A stretch of 53,051 bases of DNA from a virus (Duplodnaviria > Caudoviricetes), in IMG/VR virus record IMGVR_UViG_3300021368_002465, positions 1 through 53,051 of that record, one strand, 5' to 3'. The notes beneath the pieces are model-generated. The model made no database searches, was not told the DNA's origin, and was given only the letters and a program-made list of their open reading frames with translations. Shown here one piece after another: positions 40,804 through 49,749 of the stretch (positions within the stretch are counted from its first letter, which is position 1; every line of letters starts with the position of its first letter). Both the position numbers and the translations under genes were made by a program.

Positions 40804-42187
40804 ATTATTACTATTATCATTATTAATTATAGGATGTACTAAAGAACCATTTGAATACGAAGATTCTACTCCTATTGGCAATCCAAAACCTACAATAGAT
40901 TTTAGAAACGAATCATATTCTAGTATAAATAATACTGTTGGTAATATTGAAAGACAAAAATGGAATCTTCACTTTAGTGATTATGATTTTATTTGGAATG
41001 AAGTTACACAAAGAACAAATGTAGATAATTATTATCCAATCTATAAAGCATCTGTACAATATGATTTCTTCGATGATGGTAAGGTGGATTTACTTGTATT
41101 TAATGCAGGTAGTGGAGAGAAAATACCAGGTCTTTATGTATTAGTAGAAGATGTACTTGAAGATAATAGAACTATAACAACCTTCCCAAGTAAATTATAT
41201 TCAGCTAATTCAGCAGTTTTATCAGATACCGATGGTGATGGTAGAAATGAAATGTTATTATTTGGTGAAAATAGTCATAACAATTCTGAGTTTGGTGGAC
41301 CTAATAATTATTTAGAAACAGGATATAGAATATTTTTTGATTCTAATAAAAATATTATAGAACAAAATATTGGTAGTGTTCCAATTGGAGTACATGATGT
41401 AACAAGTGGTGATATTGATAATGATGGTGATATAGATATTGTAGTATTTCCAACAGGTGTAAACCAAGCAACTGTAACACCAAACTTTTACTTTCCATTA
41501 AAACTAATCAATGATGGTTTTGGTAATTTTGTTGAAAAACCATTTTTTTCTGATGAGGAGTTGATAACTTCAAAATATGGTTTTAATGAATGGCTAGCAA
41601 CAACCTTTCACTTATTTGATGTAAATAATGATGGTTATTTAGATTTAGTTGGAGGTCATTATATAGGAACAGGAGACCCTAGATGGGGTGCTGAATTTAT
41701 TAAAGATAAAAAAGATTTAACCTTTACTGGTATTTTTATTTCATATGGAACATCTAGTGGAGATTATTATTACGAACAAGTTGGATATTTTTCAGAAAGT
41801 GCATTAAGTGATAAAACACAAATATTATATGGATTAACTTTTACTGATTACGATAATGATAATGATTATGATATTGTAATGAGTACATATGAAGTTGATA
41901 TAAATGGTTCATTTAATTTAGATTCTGATTCATATATAGTACACTTGTTAAAAAACGATAACAATAACTTTGTAAATGTAACTGAATCGGTAATTGATGG
42001 TTTTTCTGATTTATCTGGTACAAGATTCAGTAATTTTTATAGACCAATAATTAATGATGTAGATGATGATGGTGATTTTGATATTGTTGCAACTGCATAT
42101 AGATATGGAAACAATAATATAACTTATCCTAAATTATTATATTGGGAAAAAATTGGAAGTGGATATGTTAGAAAAGAAATTTATTAA
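40793..42187 (+). CDS. Lipoprotein with FG-GAP/VCBS (DxDxDG) repeats
   Basis: MKYKLLLLSLLIIG-C signal II; repeats DTDGDGRNE, DIDNDGDID, DVNNDGYLD, DYDNDNDYD, DVDDDGDFD. Confidence 0.8.
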   Translation: MKYKLLLLSLLIIGCTKEPFEYEDSTPIGNPKPTIDFRNESYSSINNTVGNIERQKWNLHFSDYDFIWNEVTQRTNVDNYYPIYKASVQYDFFDDGKVDLLVFNAGSGEKIPGLYVLVEDVLEDNRTITTFPSKLYSANSAVLSDTDGDGRNEMLLFGENSHNNSEFGGPNNYLETGYRIFFDSNKNIIEQNIGSVPIGVHDVTSGDIDNDGDIDIVVFPTGVNQATVTPNFYFPLKLINDGFGNFVEKPFFSDEELITSKYGFNEWLATTFHLFDVNNDGYLDLVGGHYIGTGDPRWGAEFIKDKKDLTFTGIFISYGTSSGDYYYEQVGYFSESALSDKTQILYGLTFTDYDNDNDYDIVMSTYEVDINGSFNLDSDSYIVHLLKNDNNNFVNVTESVIDGFSDLSGTRFSNFYRPIINDVDDDGDFDIVATAYRYGNNNITYPKLLYWEKIGSGYVRKEIY

Positions 42188-42191
42188 AATA

Positions 42192-42223
42192 TTTGTATAA
42201 TTCAAAAATAATTCGTATATTTG
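42192..42223 (+). promoter_or_regulatory. Bacteroidota-type sigma70 (early) promoter
   Basis: TTTG - 20 nt - TATATTTG, exact match to TAnnTTTG. Confidence 0.8.
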
Positions 42224-42230
42224 TAAAATT

Positions 42231-42368
42231 ATGGTAAAAACAGACTTAAAACAATTCGAAGGTATGTACTATATAGGTGATATTGTAGATGTAGATGGTG
42301 ATGGTTGGGTAGATGAAGAAACGGCAGAGTTAATCCTATTAGAACATAACGCAGGAGTTACTGAATGA
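42231..42368 (+). CDS. 45-aa acidic protein missing from the ORF track
   Basis: MVKTDLKQFEGMYYIGDIVDVDGDGWVDEETAELILLEHNAGVTE; fills the gap between promoter and polymerase; ATGA stop/start overlap with 42365. Confidence 0.65.
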   Translation: MVKTDLKQFEGMYYIGDIVDVDGDGWVDEETAELILLEHNAGVTE

Positions 42369-43621
42369 TTATAGTAGAAACCAATAAAGAGAAAGACCAA
42401 TTTCTCGAATATTGGAATAATGAGGAATCTACAATTATTCCGATTTGGGAAGATTTGGAAAGACATCCTATGAATAATAGGTTGTCATTTTTGTATGTCC
42501 GATTTCCAAACATGGATTTCATTCTTCCTTTTAATCATAATGATTGTGAACCTTTAACTATTGATTTATCTCAATCCAAGCAACAAAAGTGGATTTGGGA
42601 TAAAAAAGGGTTCTTACAAACCGATATTTTAATTGAAAATCTAAAAGATGTACAAACCTCTTTATTTTTCAATTCAAACAAAATATATCCATTTAAGGAT
42701 AAATTAGAGGTTCTAACAAACTTTTATTATCGTTTGGGTATAAGAGATGATTTAGGTAAATCAATCCCTATAATGAAGTGGGGTGAAGTACTACGAGGTA
42801 TTGTAGATGAATGGAAGTTAATTCCTAACAATACTTGGGTAGATGATACGATGATTCCTATCCTTTCAGACATTGAACGAATGGGGATTCGGGTCGATAC
42901 AGAAAAATTTATTGATAGATGGCCTAATCACCAAAAACATATACTATTGGGGAATGTATTCACCGAATATAACCCTTATACCATAACAAGTAGACCTTCT
43001 AACAGACATGGTGGTGTAAACTTTAGTGCTTTGAACAAGAAAGATGGTTCGAGAGAATCCTTTGTACCAAGAGATGGTAAGTTGTTCTTACAATTTGATT
43101 ACGATGCTTATCATGTACGAATTATTGCCAAGTTGATTAAATACAAACTACCCGATACATCGGTTCACCAATGGTTGGCAGACCAATATGGTTGTTCATA
43201 TGATGAGAGTAAAGGAAGAACATTTAGAATCTTATATGGTGGTGTGAGTGATGAAGATAGAAAAATCCCTTTCTTTGATAAAGTAGATACCTTCATTAGA
43301 AAGATGCAAGAAGAATCAATCAAGAATGGGTATATCCAAACACCTAAAGGTAGAAAAATACCATTAGGATGGATTGAACAACCCAATGGACAGAAGTTCT
43401 TCAATTATCTACTTCAAGCGACTGAAACTGAATTCAATATTGAGGTACTGAATAAACTTAAGAAATTACAACTTCCTCTTCCTATCCTATACACTTATGA
43501 TTCATTTCTATTCGAGTTTGATGATTCTGAGGTAGAAACAATTAAATTGGTTAAATCCGTTCTCGAAAGTTATGGGTTTCCTATCAAAGCCGATTGGGGA
43601 AGTGATTACTCAAAAGTTTAA
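42365..43621 (+). CDS. Compact family A DNA polymerase-like protein
   Basis: TSRPS, motif A FDYDAYHVRI, motif B K...F...YG (SKGRTFRILYG), GYIQTPKGRK, NYLLQ, motif C YTYDSFLF. Confidence 0.8.
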   Translation: MIIVETNKEKDQFLEYWNNEESTIIPIWEDLERHPMNNRLSFLYVRFPNMDFILPFNHNDCEPLTIDLSQSKQQKWIWDKKGFLQTDILIENLKDVQTSLFFNSNKIYPFKDKLEVLTNFYYRLGIRDDLGKSIPIMKWGEVLRGIVDEWKLIPNNTWVDDTMIPILSDIERMGIRVDTEKFIDRWPNHQKHILLGNVFTEYNPYTITSRPSNRHGGVNFSALNKKDGSRESFVPRDGKLFLQFDYDAYHVRIIAKLIKYKLPDTSVHQWLADQYGCSYDESKGRTFRILYGGVSDEDRKIPFFDKVDTFIRKMQEESIKNGYIQTPKGRKIPLGWIEQPNGQKFFNYLLQATETEFNIEVLNKLKKLQLPLPILYTYDSFLFEFDDSEVETIKLVKSVLESYGFPIKADWGSDYSKV

Positions 43622-43657
43622 TATTTATATATTGATATACAAAATTAAAGAAATATT

Positions 43658-44278
43658 ATGAAACTATTAAAAATCTTAATGATATCACTACTGCTTGCAG
43701 GATGTGGTAGGGAAGAAGTTCTTGGTCAAGAACCTCGTGAAAAAATGACAGAGGTAATTGTAGAGAACCAAGTGTTCAAGGTTTGGTATAACGAAATCAA
43801 AGAACAACCAGTGAAATTGGTCTACACTTCAACAGACAGACCTAAAAATGTAGATAGAGGTTCAATGAACTTTTATACAGAACCAGATTATTACACTTCT
43901 AACAATGCAGATTATTACAGAAATGTATGGGATAAAGGACACCTTGCTCCAGCTGCAACTTATTCTGATTCTATGGAGAATCTAAAGTTAACATTTTCTT
44001 ATCTAAATTGTGCTCTACAAAATCAATATCTTAATAGAGGTGAGTGGAGATTATTAGAAGAACAAGAAAGAGTTTGGGATGATGAACAAAATCTTACAAT
44101 CACAGTTGAACTAATATGGGAAGATGGGTATGAAATCTTACCAACAGATGCTCATGTTCCAACTCATATGAGTAAAACAATTTACTTTGAAAAAGATGGT
44201 AATTGTAGAAAATTTGTATTTCCTAATGAAAAACCAACAAAAGATTGGGAAGAGTACGAAGTAACTTGTACTAATTGA
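43658..44278 (+). CDS. DNA/RNA non-specific endonuclease (His-Me finger) with lipoprotein signal
   Basis: DKGHLAPAA (DRGH-type), TFSYLN..LQ...LNRGEW..LE; N-terminal LLLAG-C lipobox. Confidence 0.85.
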   Translation: MKLLKILMISLLLAGCGREEVLGQEPREKMTEVIVENQVFKVWYNEIKEQPVKLVYTSTDRPKNVDRGSMNFYTEPDYYTSNNADYYRNVWDKGHLAPAATYSDSMENLKLTFSYLNCALQNQYLNRGEWRLLEEQERVWDDEQNLTITVELIWEDGYEILPTDAHVPTHMSKTIYFEKDGNCRKFVFPNEKPTKDWEEYEVTCTN

Positions 44279-44293
44279 TATTTATAGTATAGT

Positions 44294-46414
44294 ATGGATT
44301 ATAAGCAACTCATAGATAAACTAGTAAGAGAACTCTCATATAGGGTAGGTGTTCCTAATATATACGATAAGGAACATCAATCTATTATATCAGAAATTCT
44401 TACAGAGTGGGGTGAGTTTGAAGCAAAACAAACTATTTTTGAATTTCTTACTGAAAAAGATGATACGATTGACCCTGAAACTGAAATTACTTATCAGAAC
44501 AAAAAGGGTGAAACAAGAAAAACGACTTATAAAACTGCTATAGCATCTAATCAAGATTCACCACAATTCAAAGCTGCAGATGCATTAAGAAACAAAACAA
44601 AAAATAAAGGTACTGAAAAACTAAAAACTTCTATAAGTGGTAAAAAGAATTATCAACATGCACCTGATGTAAATCCAGAAGTAAATAACACAGATGGAAG
44701 TAACGAACCGATAGAAATAAAATCTAATGAAGATGTAAAGGTAGAAGTTGATGAAATTCAATCTGATTTACAACAGAAAAGAGATATGGGAACTGCAGGT
44801 GCAGGTGGACCAGTTGCATCTCAAGGTGAATCTCGATATTGTAATACAATGAATACTTTGAACGTATCGGATTTCAAAGAAAAAAATAAAGAATCAATAT
44901 CAGAAAGAAAAAAAGAATTAGAATCATCTAAAAAATTAGCATCAGAATTAAGAACTGCACAAGCTTTAGGATTAGACCCTAATAGTGATGAATTTAATGA
45001 TTATCTTGCAACTCGTGAAGAATTTGCTCAACAAGAATTAGAAAGAATTAAAAATATTGATAATTCTGTATTTTATCTAAAAGGGAAAAAAGGATTTAAT
45101 GGTAAGGATGACCCATATCTTGAGTGGATGAGAGCTTCTTACGATGGTACTCTTGCAACTCGTAAAATATTAGATGAAAATACTAATATGGATATGAGTA
45201 AACCTAATACTACAATTCAATCTGAAGGTGAAATTGATGATAAAGTAGAATCTAAAATATCTAATAGATTAAAAAAGGCTACTCAAGATGGTAATCAAAA
45301 TGATATTGATTATTATAGAAATGAATTAAAATCATTCCAAAAATTTAGAAAATATCACGATACATATACTGTTGGACAGGACTCTGAAGGTAGAATGAGT
45401 GTAGTATCTATTTCAAATAAAAAAGGAGATGATTTAAGAGACCCACAAAATAATACCACACCAGCGAAACGATTTAATATTATCAAAGAACGATTTGGTC
45501 AAGATGTTGCAAAATCAGTAATAAAATCAATTGATGAAGGTATTGAGTTAGTATCAGATGTAAAAAAGGCAGCAGTTAAATCAACTAACGTAATTGATAT
45601 AGATGAAAATATTGTAAAAGTTTGTGAACTTCCACAAATGAAAAAATATATAGATACACTTGATGGTAATGCTAAGTTTGTAAAATATGTTGGGGATAAG
45701 GGTAAATCTTATGATACATTAAATACTGAAGATAAACTTAGATTAATGCAAGAACATTCTAGTTTTTTACTTGCAAATGGAAAAAATCCTGCATTTGAAC
45801 CTTATGGTAAAATTATGACAAAGGTTGGTGAGTTTACACAAACAAAAAAATTCCAACAAGAAAATCCATCTATTAATTTTGAATCATCATCAATAACACA
45901 ATGTATTACGATAAAACAAAATGAAAAAGATGCTGTTAAAAGTTCACATAATAAAGTAGTTGAAGATATAAAGGGTGCTGATGAAAAACTTGGATTTCCA
46001 AAAGATGGTAAAAACGGCCCTCATACACAAGGATACATTGGAACAGTAATGGATGCAATGCATTTTGATTCTTATATAGATGGTGGTGATGGGAAAATGA
46101 TTGTACAAATGGGAATCAGAGGAGCACAACCACAAGATATAAGAGGATGTTTAGGAGAAAAGAGTGGATACAAAGGAGATATATCTACAACTGAAGGTAG
46201 GGAAGGGTTAAAGAAACATCTTAGAGAAAAATGTAAAGTGGATTCTAAATCAGGTGCAATAATTATTACAAATGAAAATGGCTCAACCGAGATATGTGAA
46301 GATACTTGGAGAACCGCTGGTACATCACAAAAAGTAGCCAGTCATTTTGGTAAAGATATGAGAGATTGTATCTCATCTAAGGTTGATAATAGAAGAACAA
46401 CCCCCTCTGAATAA
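44294..46414 (+). CDS. Large hypothetical phage protein
   Basis: 706-aa charged ORF with late motif upstream; no family recognised. Confidence 0.7.
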   Translation: MDYKQLIDKLVRELSYRVGVPNIYDKEHQSIISEILTEWGEFEAKQTIFEFLTEKDDTIDPETEITYQNKKGETRKTTYKTAIASNQDSPQFKAADALRNKTKNKGTEKLKTSISGKKNYQHAPDVNPEVNNTDGSNEPIEIKSNEDVKVEVDEIQSDLQQKRDMGTAGAGGPVASQGESRYCNTMNTLNVSDFKEKNKESISERKKELESSKKLASELRTAQALGLDPNSDEFNDYLATREEFAQQELERIKNIDNSVFYLKGKKGFNGKDDPYLEWMRASYDGTLATRKILDENTNMDMSKPNTTIQSEGEIDDKVESKISNRLKKATQDGNQNDIDYYRNELKSFQKFRKYHDTYTVGQDSEGRMSVVSISNKKGDDLRDPQNNTTPAKRFNIIKERFGQDVAKSVIKSIDEGIELVSDVKKAAVKSTNVIDIDENIVKVCELPQMKKYIDTLDGNAKFVKYVGDKGKSYDTLNTEDKLRLMQEHSSFLLANGKNPAFEPYGKIMTKVGEFTQTKKFQQENPSINFESSSITQCITIKQNEKDAVKSSHNKVVEDIKGADEKLGFPKDGKNGPHTQGYIGTVMDAMHFDSYIDGGDGKMIVQMGIRGAQPQDIRGCLGEKSGYKGDISTTEGREGLKKHLREKCKVDSKSGAIIITNENGSTEICEDTWRTAGTSQKVASHFGKDMRDCISSKVDNRRTTPSE

Positions 46415-46510
46415 CTCTAATTTGTGGTAATGTACATTTATAGTGTATTTTCAAGTTTTGAAAAAATCCTATTATATTTATATACGAACATATAATTGAT
46501 AGGAAGATTA

Positions 46511-46912
46511 ATGCAAACACAGTTACTCTGTACATTTACAACTAAAGAGAAACTTCAAAATACCCTACAACTTATTAGAGAAACATATCATATAGTTTAT
46601 AACTACATATATGTTCTTCAGAATAAGGGTAACTTGGATGAGTTGTTTATTACATACAATATAGATACGGCTTATAAACCGGATAAACCTTTGGATGATA
46701 CTATATTAGTACATCGTAAAAAACAAAGTAATACATTGTACACTATTAATGCTCTTAACGAATTAGTTAAAGAAGAAAATGGTGGAGTATTGGATAAAAC
46801 ATTTACTATTGATTGGGATAAATTCAAAAACTCAATTATAGTAACCAATGTAGAGGGAACTAAAAAAATCTCTACAAGAATTTTTGAAATTATAGAGTTT
46901 AACAGTCTATAA
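46511..46912 (+). CDS. Hypothetical phage protein
   Basis: MQTQLLCTF..HRKKQSNTLYTINALN; AGGAAG before ATG 46511. Confidence 0.7.
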   Translation: MQTQLLCTFTTKEKLQNTLQLIRETYHIVYNYIYVLQNKGNLDELFITYNIDTAYKPDKPLDDTILVHRKKQSNTLYTINALNELVKEENGGVLDKTFTIDWDKFKNSIIVTNVEGTKKISTRIFEIIEFNSL

Positions 46913-46921
46913 CTTAAAGTT

Positions 46922-47530
46922 ATGCTAAAAGACATTCATGTTTTTGATGATATCATTTCATCAGAAAGTCAAGATTTATTAGAATCATTCGTTATCGATA
47001 CAAAAGGTTTCAAGTTTGGAAATAACTTAAAACACTTTGGAGTAAACTTTCCACAATATGTTTTTGCAAAATCATCAACTGATTCTTTCCCTCATTACAT
47101 AAATCAAATATTCACAGAAATACAACATAATACTTTATCTAAAGTTAGATTAAGTAATTCTATTAATTGGAGAACTAAAATAAATAAATTGGTATCTAAT
47201 GATAAACCATCTGATAATCCAAACTATTCAATACACATAGATAGAGATGAAGAACATTTATCTTTGGTATATTATATAAATAATTCAAGTGGAGATACTG
47301 TATTTTATAAATTAAAAGATACTTATAATATAGATAATTGGAAAGAAACAGTAATCAATGGTGAGTTTGATGCATTCACAGAAACAAATTCAATCCCACC
47401 AAAGAAAGGAAGAGTAGTTCTATTTAATGGAAAAACATTTCATAGGTCAACATATCCAACTGATGGAGATAGATTCGTAGTAAATATGAACTTTTATTAC
47501 AATAAGATACAGAATACCAAGTTATTTTGA
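46922..47530 (+). CDS. 2OG-Fe(II) oxygenase superfamily protein
   Basis: HID (HxD), LVYYIN.S.GDTVFY, PKKGRVVLFNG..FH, distal R. Confidence 0.8.
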   Translation: MLKDIHVFDDIISSESQDLLESFVIDTKGFKFGNNLKHFGVNFPQYVFAKSSTDSFPHYINQIFTEIQHNTLSKVRLSNSINWRTKINKLVSNDKPSDNPNYSIHIDRDEEHLSLVYYINNSSGDTVFYKLKDTYNIDNWKETVINGEFDAFTETNSIPPKKGRVVLFNGKTFHRSTYPTDGDRFVVNMNFYYNKIQNTKLF

Positions 47531-47571
47531 TATGTATATTAGTCATGATTACTTAATTTTAATTTTAATAA

Positions 47572-47579
47572 TATTTATA
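47572..47579 (+). promoter_or_regulatory. TATTTATA putative late promoter (representative copy)
   Basis: Same octamer shortly upstream of genes at 4034, 4645, 8847, 13567, 14842, 25404, 26727, 30311, 30911, 31942, 43622, 44279, 46475, 47572 and 50329; TACTTATA at 8795 and 27860. Confidence 0.7.
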
Positions 47580-47607
47580 GGTACATAGTAAATAAGGAAA
47601 AACTAGT

Positions 47608-49539
47608 ATGAGAGGAACAATAATTGGAAGTGATTATATCTTTGACGGAACAGATGCTAAGGTTCTAGAGATAAACACCAACACAGGAATATTCAATCAA
47701 GCATTACAATACATAGATGTAGACCCATTTTTTGACTTCTTGGAAGCAAATAATATAGAAACTTTAGAATTCATTTACAATGAAAATATTACACCTGCAA
47801 CTGGTCAATATAACTTAGGTTTCAATGGTCTCCTCGCTTCAGAATGTGAAGCTAGAGGAATTACTTACGTTCAACATGAAGTACAATCTAGTGCAATCAC
47901 AATTCCATCAGTAACAGATGCTGATGATAAATTTATCTTAAGACATGCTTACGATGTATCAGCTATTGTTGATTCAACATACTGTGCTGATAAATTTGAA
48001 TTCCTTGAGTTGATGAGTGGTTCGGATGCACTTCCAAAAACATATGTTTCATCATCTGATTTCTTATACGATACTTTAGATACAATAGATACATCAGTAA
48101 CAGATGCTCCTAATCTTATTGAAAAGGCTAGATACCCAAATTATGATTTACAGTTATATCCTAAAATGTATAGATTTACTAATTCTAGTGATTTGGCAGA
48201 TAAAAAGGCTGATATTACATCTGATAACTTCTTTATTCAAGAATATATCAAAGATGATAATAACATAGTAGATGATAGAATTACTGTAATTAGAAGTTTA
48301 GATATTATACATGGAGCTAACCTAGATATTATAAATCTAGGCTCATACAGAAACTCTTCTGTTTTACCACTATCACATGATAGTTCAACTTTTAGATTAA
48401 ATTTAGGAGCAGAAGGATTAGAATCTAGTTCGATAGATTCTTATACAAGATTTAAGTATTTGAATAAATATTCGGGTAAACAAACAATGCAATACCACAC
48501 AGATGCGGAATCTGATATTTTGATACCGAATGATGGTACTACAAATGTTGAAAGTTTAGAGGTAAGTTCTTCAGTAATTGCACCTAGATTCCAATTAATA
48601 ACTGGTTCTGAATATGATGGTAATCCAAGTGAAGAATATCAAGAACATAACGGTACTTTAGAATTAACCACATCATCACTTTCATACGAAACATCATCAG
48701 TAGTTAGTATAGTTTCGGAAAGTGTAGAAGATTTATTTGTTAGAGTAACACTTAATGATGGAACTTCATTTGATGATGCACCAGAAAACGAAATTTATAC
48801 TGTAATATCAGGTTCAAATGATATAACAAGATTTGAATTTATTAATAAATTGTTAGTAGGTGATAAGATTGTATATTTTGAAACTGGTTCAAGTAATGTA
48901 CAAACAAAAGAAATCACTTCATTGGATATAGTTTATAAAGATAACTTTTATATATACAATGTAGATATCGAACCATATGACTACTTCTTAGTTGATTCGA
49001 AAAATGACGATGGTTTATTCTCAATTCACCACAACGCATGTAACTACTGTTATACAACTTGGGCACCATGTGGTAACTATTGGTGTGACAATAACTGCTC
49101 TACTTGTTATGGTGGTTGTTTCGTAGCAGGAACTAAAGTTATATTATCAGATGGAAGTGAAATGAATATAGAAGAAATAGAACCTGGCCAGATGGTTAAA
49201 ACATTTGATACTGATGAAAATGTTGTTTCAGAAGGTTTTGTTGGTGATATTCAAGAAAAGCAAGTAGAAACACTTGTTAAGATAACATTTGATAGTGGGT
49301 TAGTTATTAAAACTACACCAGACCACCCATTCTATTTATCTAATAGAGAAGATGCAGATTATTGGACTGTGGCTGATGATATTGTAAAAGATGATGTTTG
49401 TCTTAAACTTGATGGAGGAGAACTTAAAGTAACTGAAGTAGAAATTATAGAAGAAGAAACAACAGTATATAACTTAATAGCAGTTTCTAATTTTAACAAC
49501 TTCTTTGTAGAAGGAATATTAGTACATAATAAAAAATAA
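47608..49539 (+). CDS. Polyprotein: circularly permuted ATP-grasp-like domain + degenerate Hint + six-Cys peptide + Hint
   Basis: N-terminal GSD..LEINTN, LIEK, FIQEY; Hint-1 ~297-476 ending YNVDIEPYDYFLV..HHN; peptide 477-503; Hint-2 504-641 CFVAGTKV..TPDHPF..VYNL..NFFVEGILVHN. Confidence 0.8.
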   Translation: MRGTIIGSDYIFDGTDAKVLEINTNTGIFNQALQYIDVDPFFDFLEANNIETLEFIYNENITPATGQYNLGFNGLLASECEARGITYVQHEVQSSAITIPSVTDADDKFILRHAYDVSAIVDSTYCADKFEFLELMSGSDALPKTYVSSSDFLYDTLDTIDTSVTDAPNLIEKARYPNYDLQLYPKMYRFTNSSDLADKKADITSDNFFIQEYIKDDNNIVDDRITVIRSLDIIHGANLDIINLGSYRNSSVLPLSHDSSTFRLNLGAEGLESSSIDSYTRFKYLNKYSGKQTMQYHTDAESDILIPNDGTTNVESLEVSSSVIAPRFQLITGSEYDGNPSEEYQEHNGTLELTTSSLSYETSSVVSIVSESVEDLFVRVTLNDGTSFDDAPENEIYTVISGSNDITRFEFINKLLVGDKIVYFETGSSNVQTKEITSLDIVYKDNFYIYNVDIEPYDYFLVDSKNDDGLFSIHHNACNYCYTTWAPCGNYWCDNNCSTCYGGCFVAGTKVILSDGSEMNIEEIEPGQMVKTFDTDENVVSEGFVGDIQEKQVETLVKITFDSGLVIKTTPDHPFYLSNREDADYWTVADDIVKDDVCLKLDGGELKVTEVEIIEEETTVYNLIAVSNFNNFFVEGILVHNKK

Positions 49540-49550
49540 AAGGAAAACTC

Positions 49551-49685
49551 ATGGCAAAAATTCAACCAAGACTATATAACGATATTATTTCGACTAAAAT
49601 TTCAAGTACATCCTCGGATGAAAAAACAAAAATTTCAGCTATTTTTGCAAACATAGTTCAAAGAATAAAAGACGCTAATTCATAA
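49551..49685 (+). CDS. 44-aa protein missing from the ORF track
   Basis: AAGGA RBS; MAKIQPRLYNDIISTKISSTSSDEKTKISAIFANIVQRIKDANS; 11 nt after the polyprotein stop. Confidence 0.65.
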   Translation: MAKIQPRLYNDIISTKISSTSSDEKTKISAIFANIVQRIKDANS

Positions 49686-49697
49686 ATTTTTTATTTT

Positions 49698-49732
49698 TTG
49701 CTTGGATTTGTAAAATAAATTTCGTATATTTG
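49698..49732 (+). promoter_or_regulatory. Bacteroidota-type sigma70 (early) promoter
   Basis: TTG (49702) - 20 nt - TATATTTG. Confidence 0.8.
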
Positions 49733-49749
49733 TATCAAATATAAGTTTT

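Noticed and set aside
49084-49107. CDNNCSTC matches the radical SAM CxxxCxxC motif
   Set aside because: It lies in a 27-aa linker between Hint domains with no TIM-barrel sequence following; not a radical SAM enzyme, although metal binding by the peptide is not excluded.
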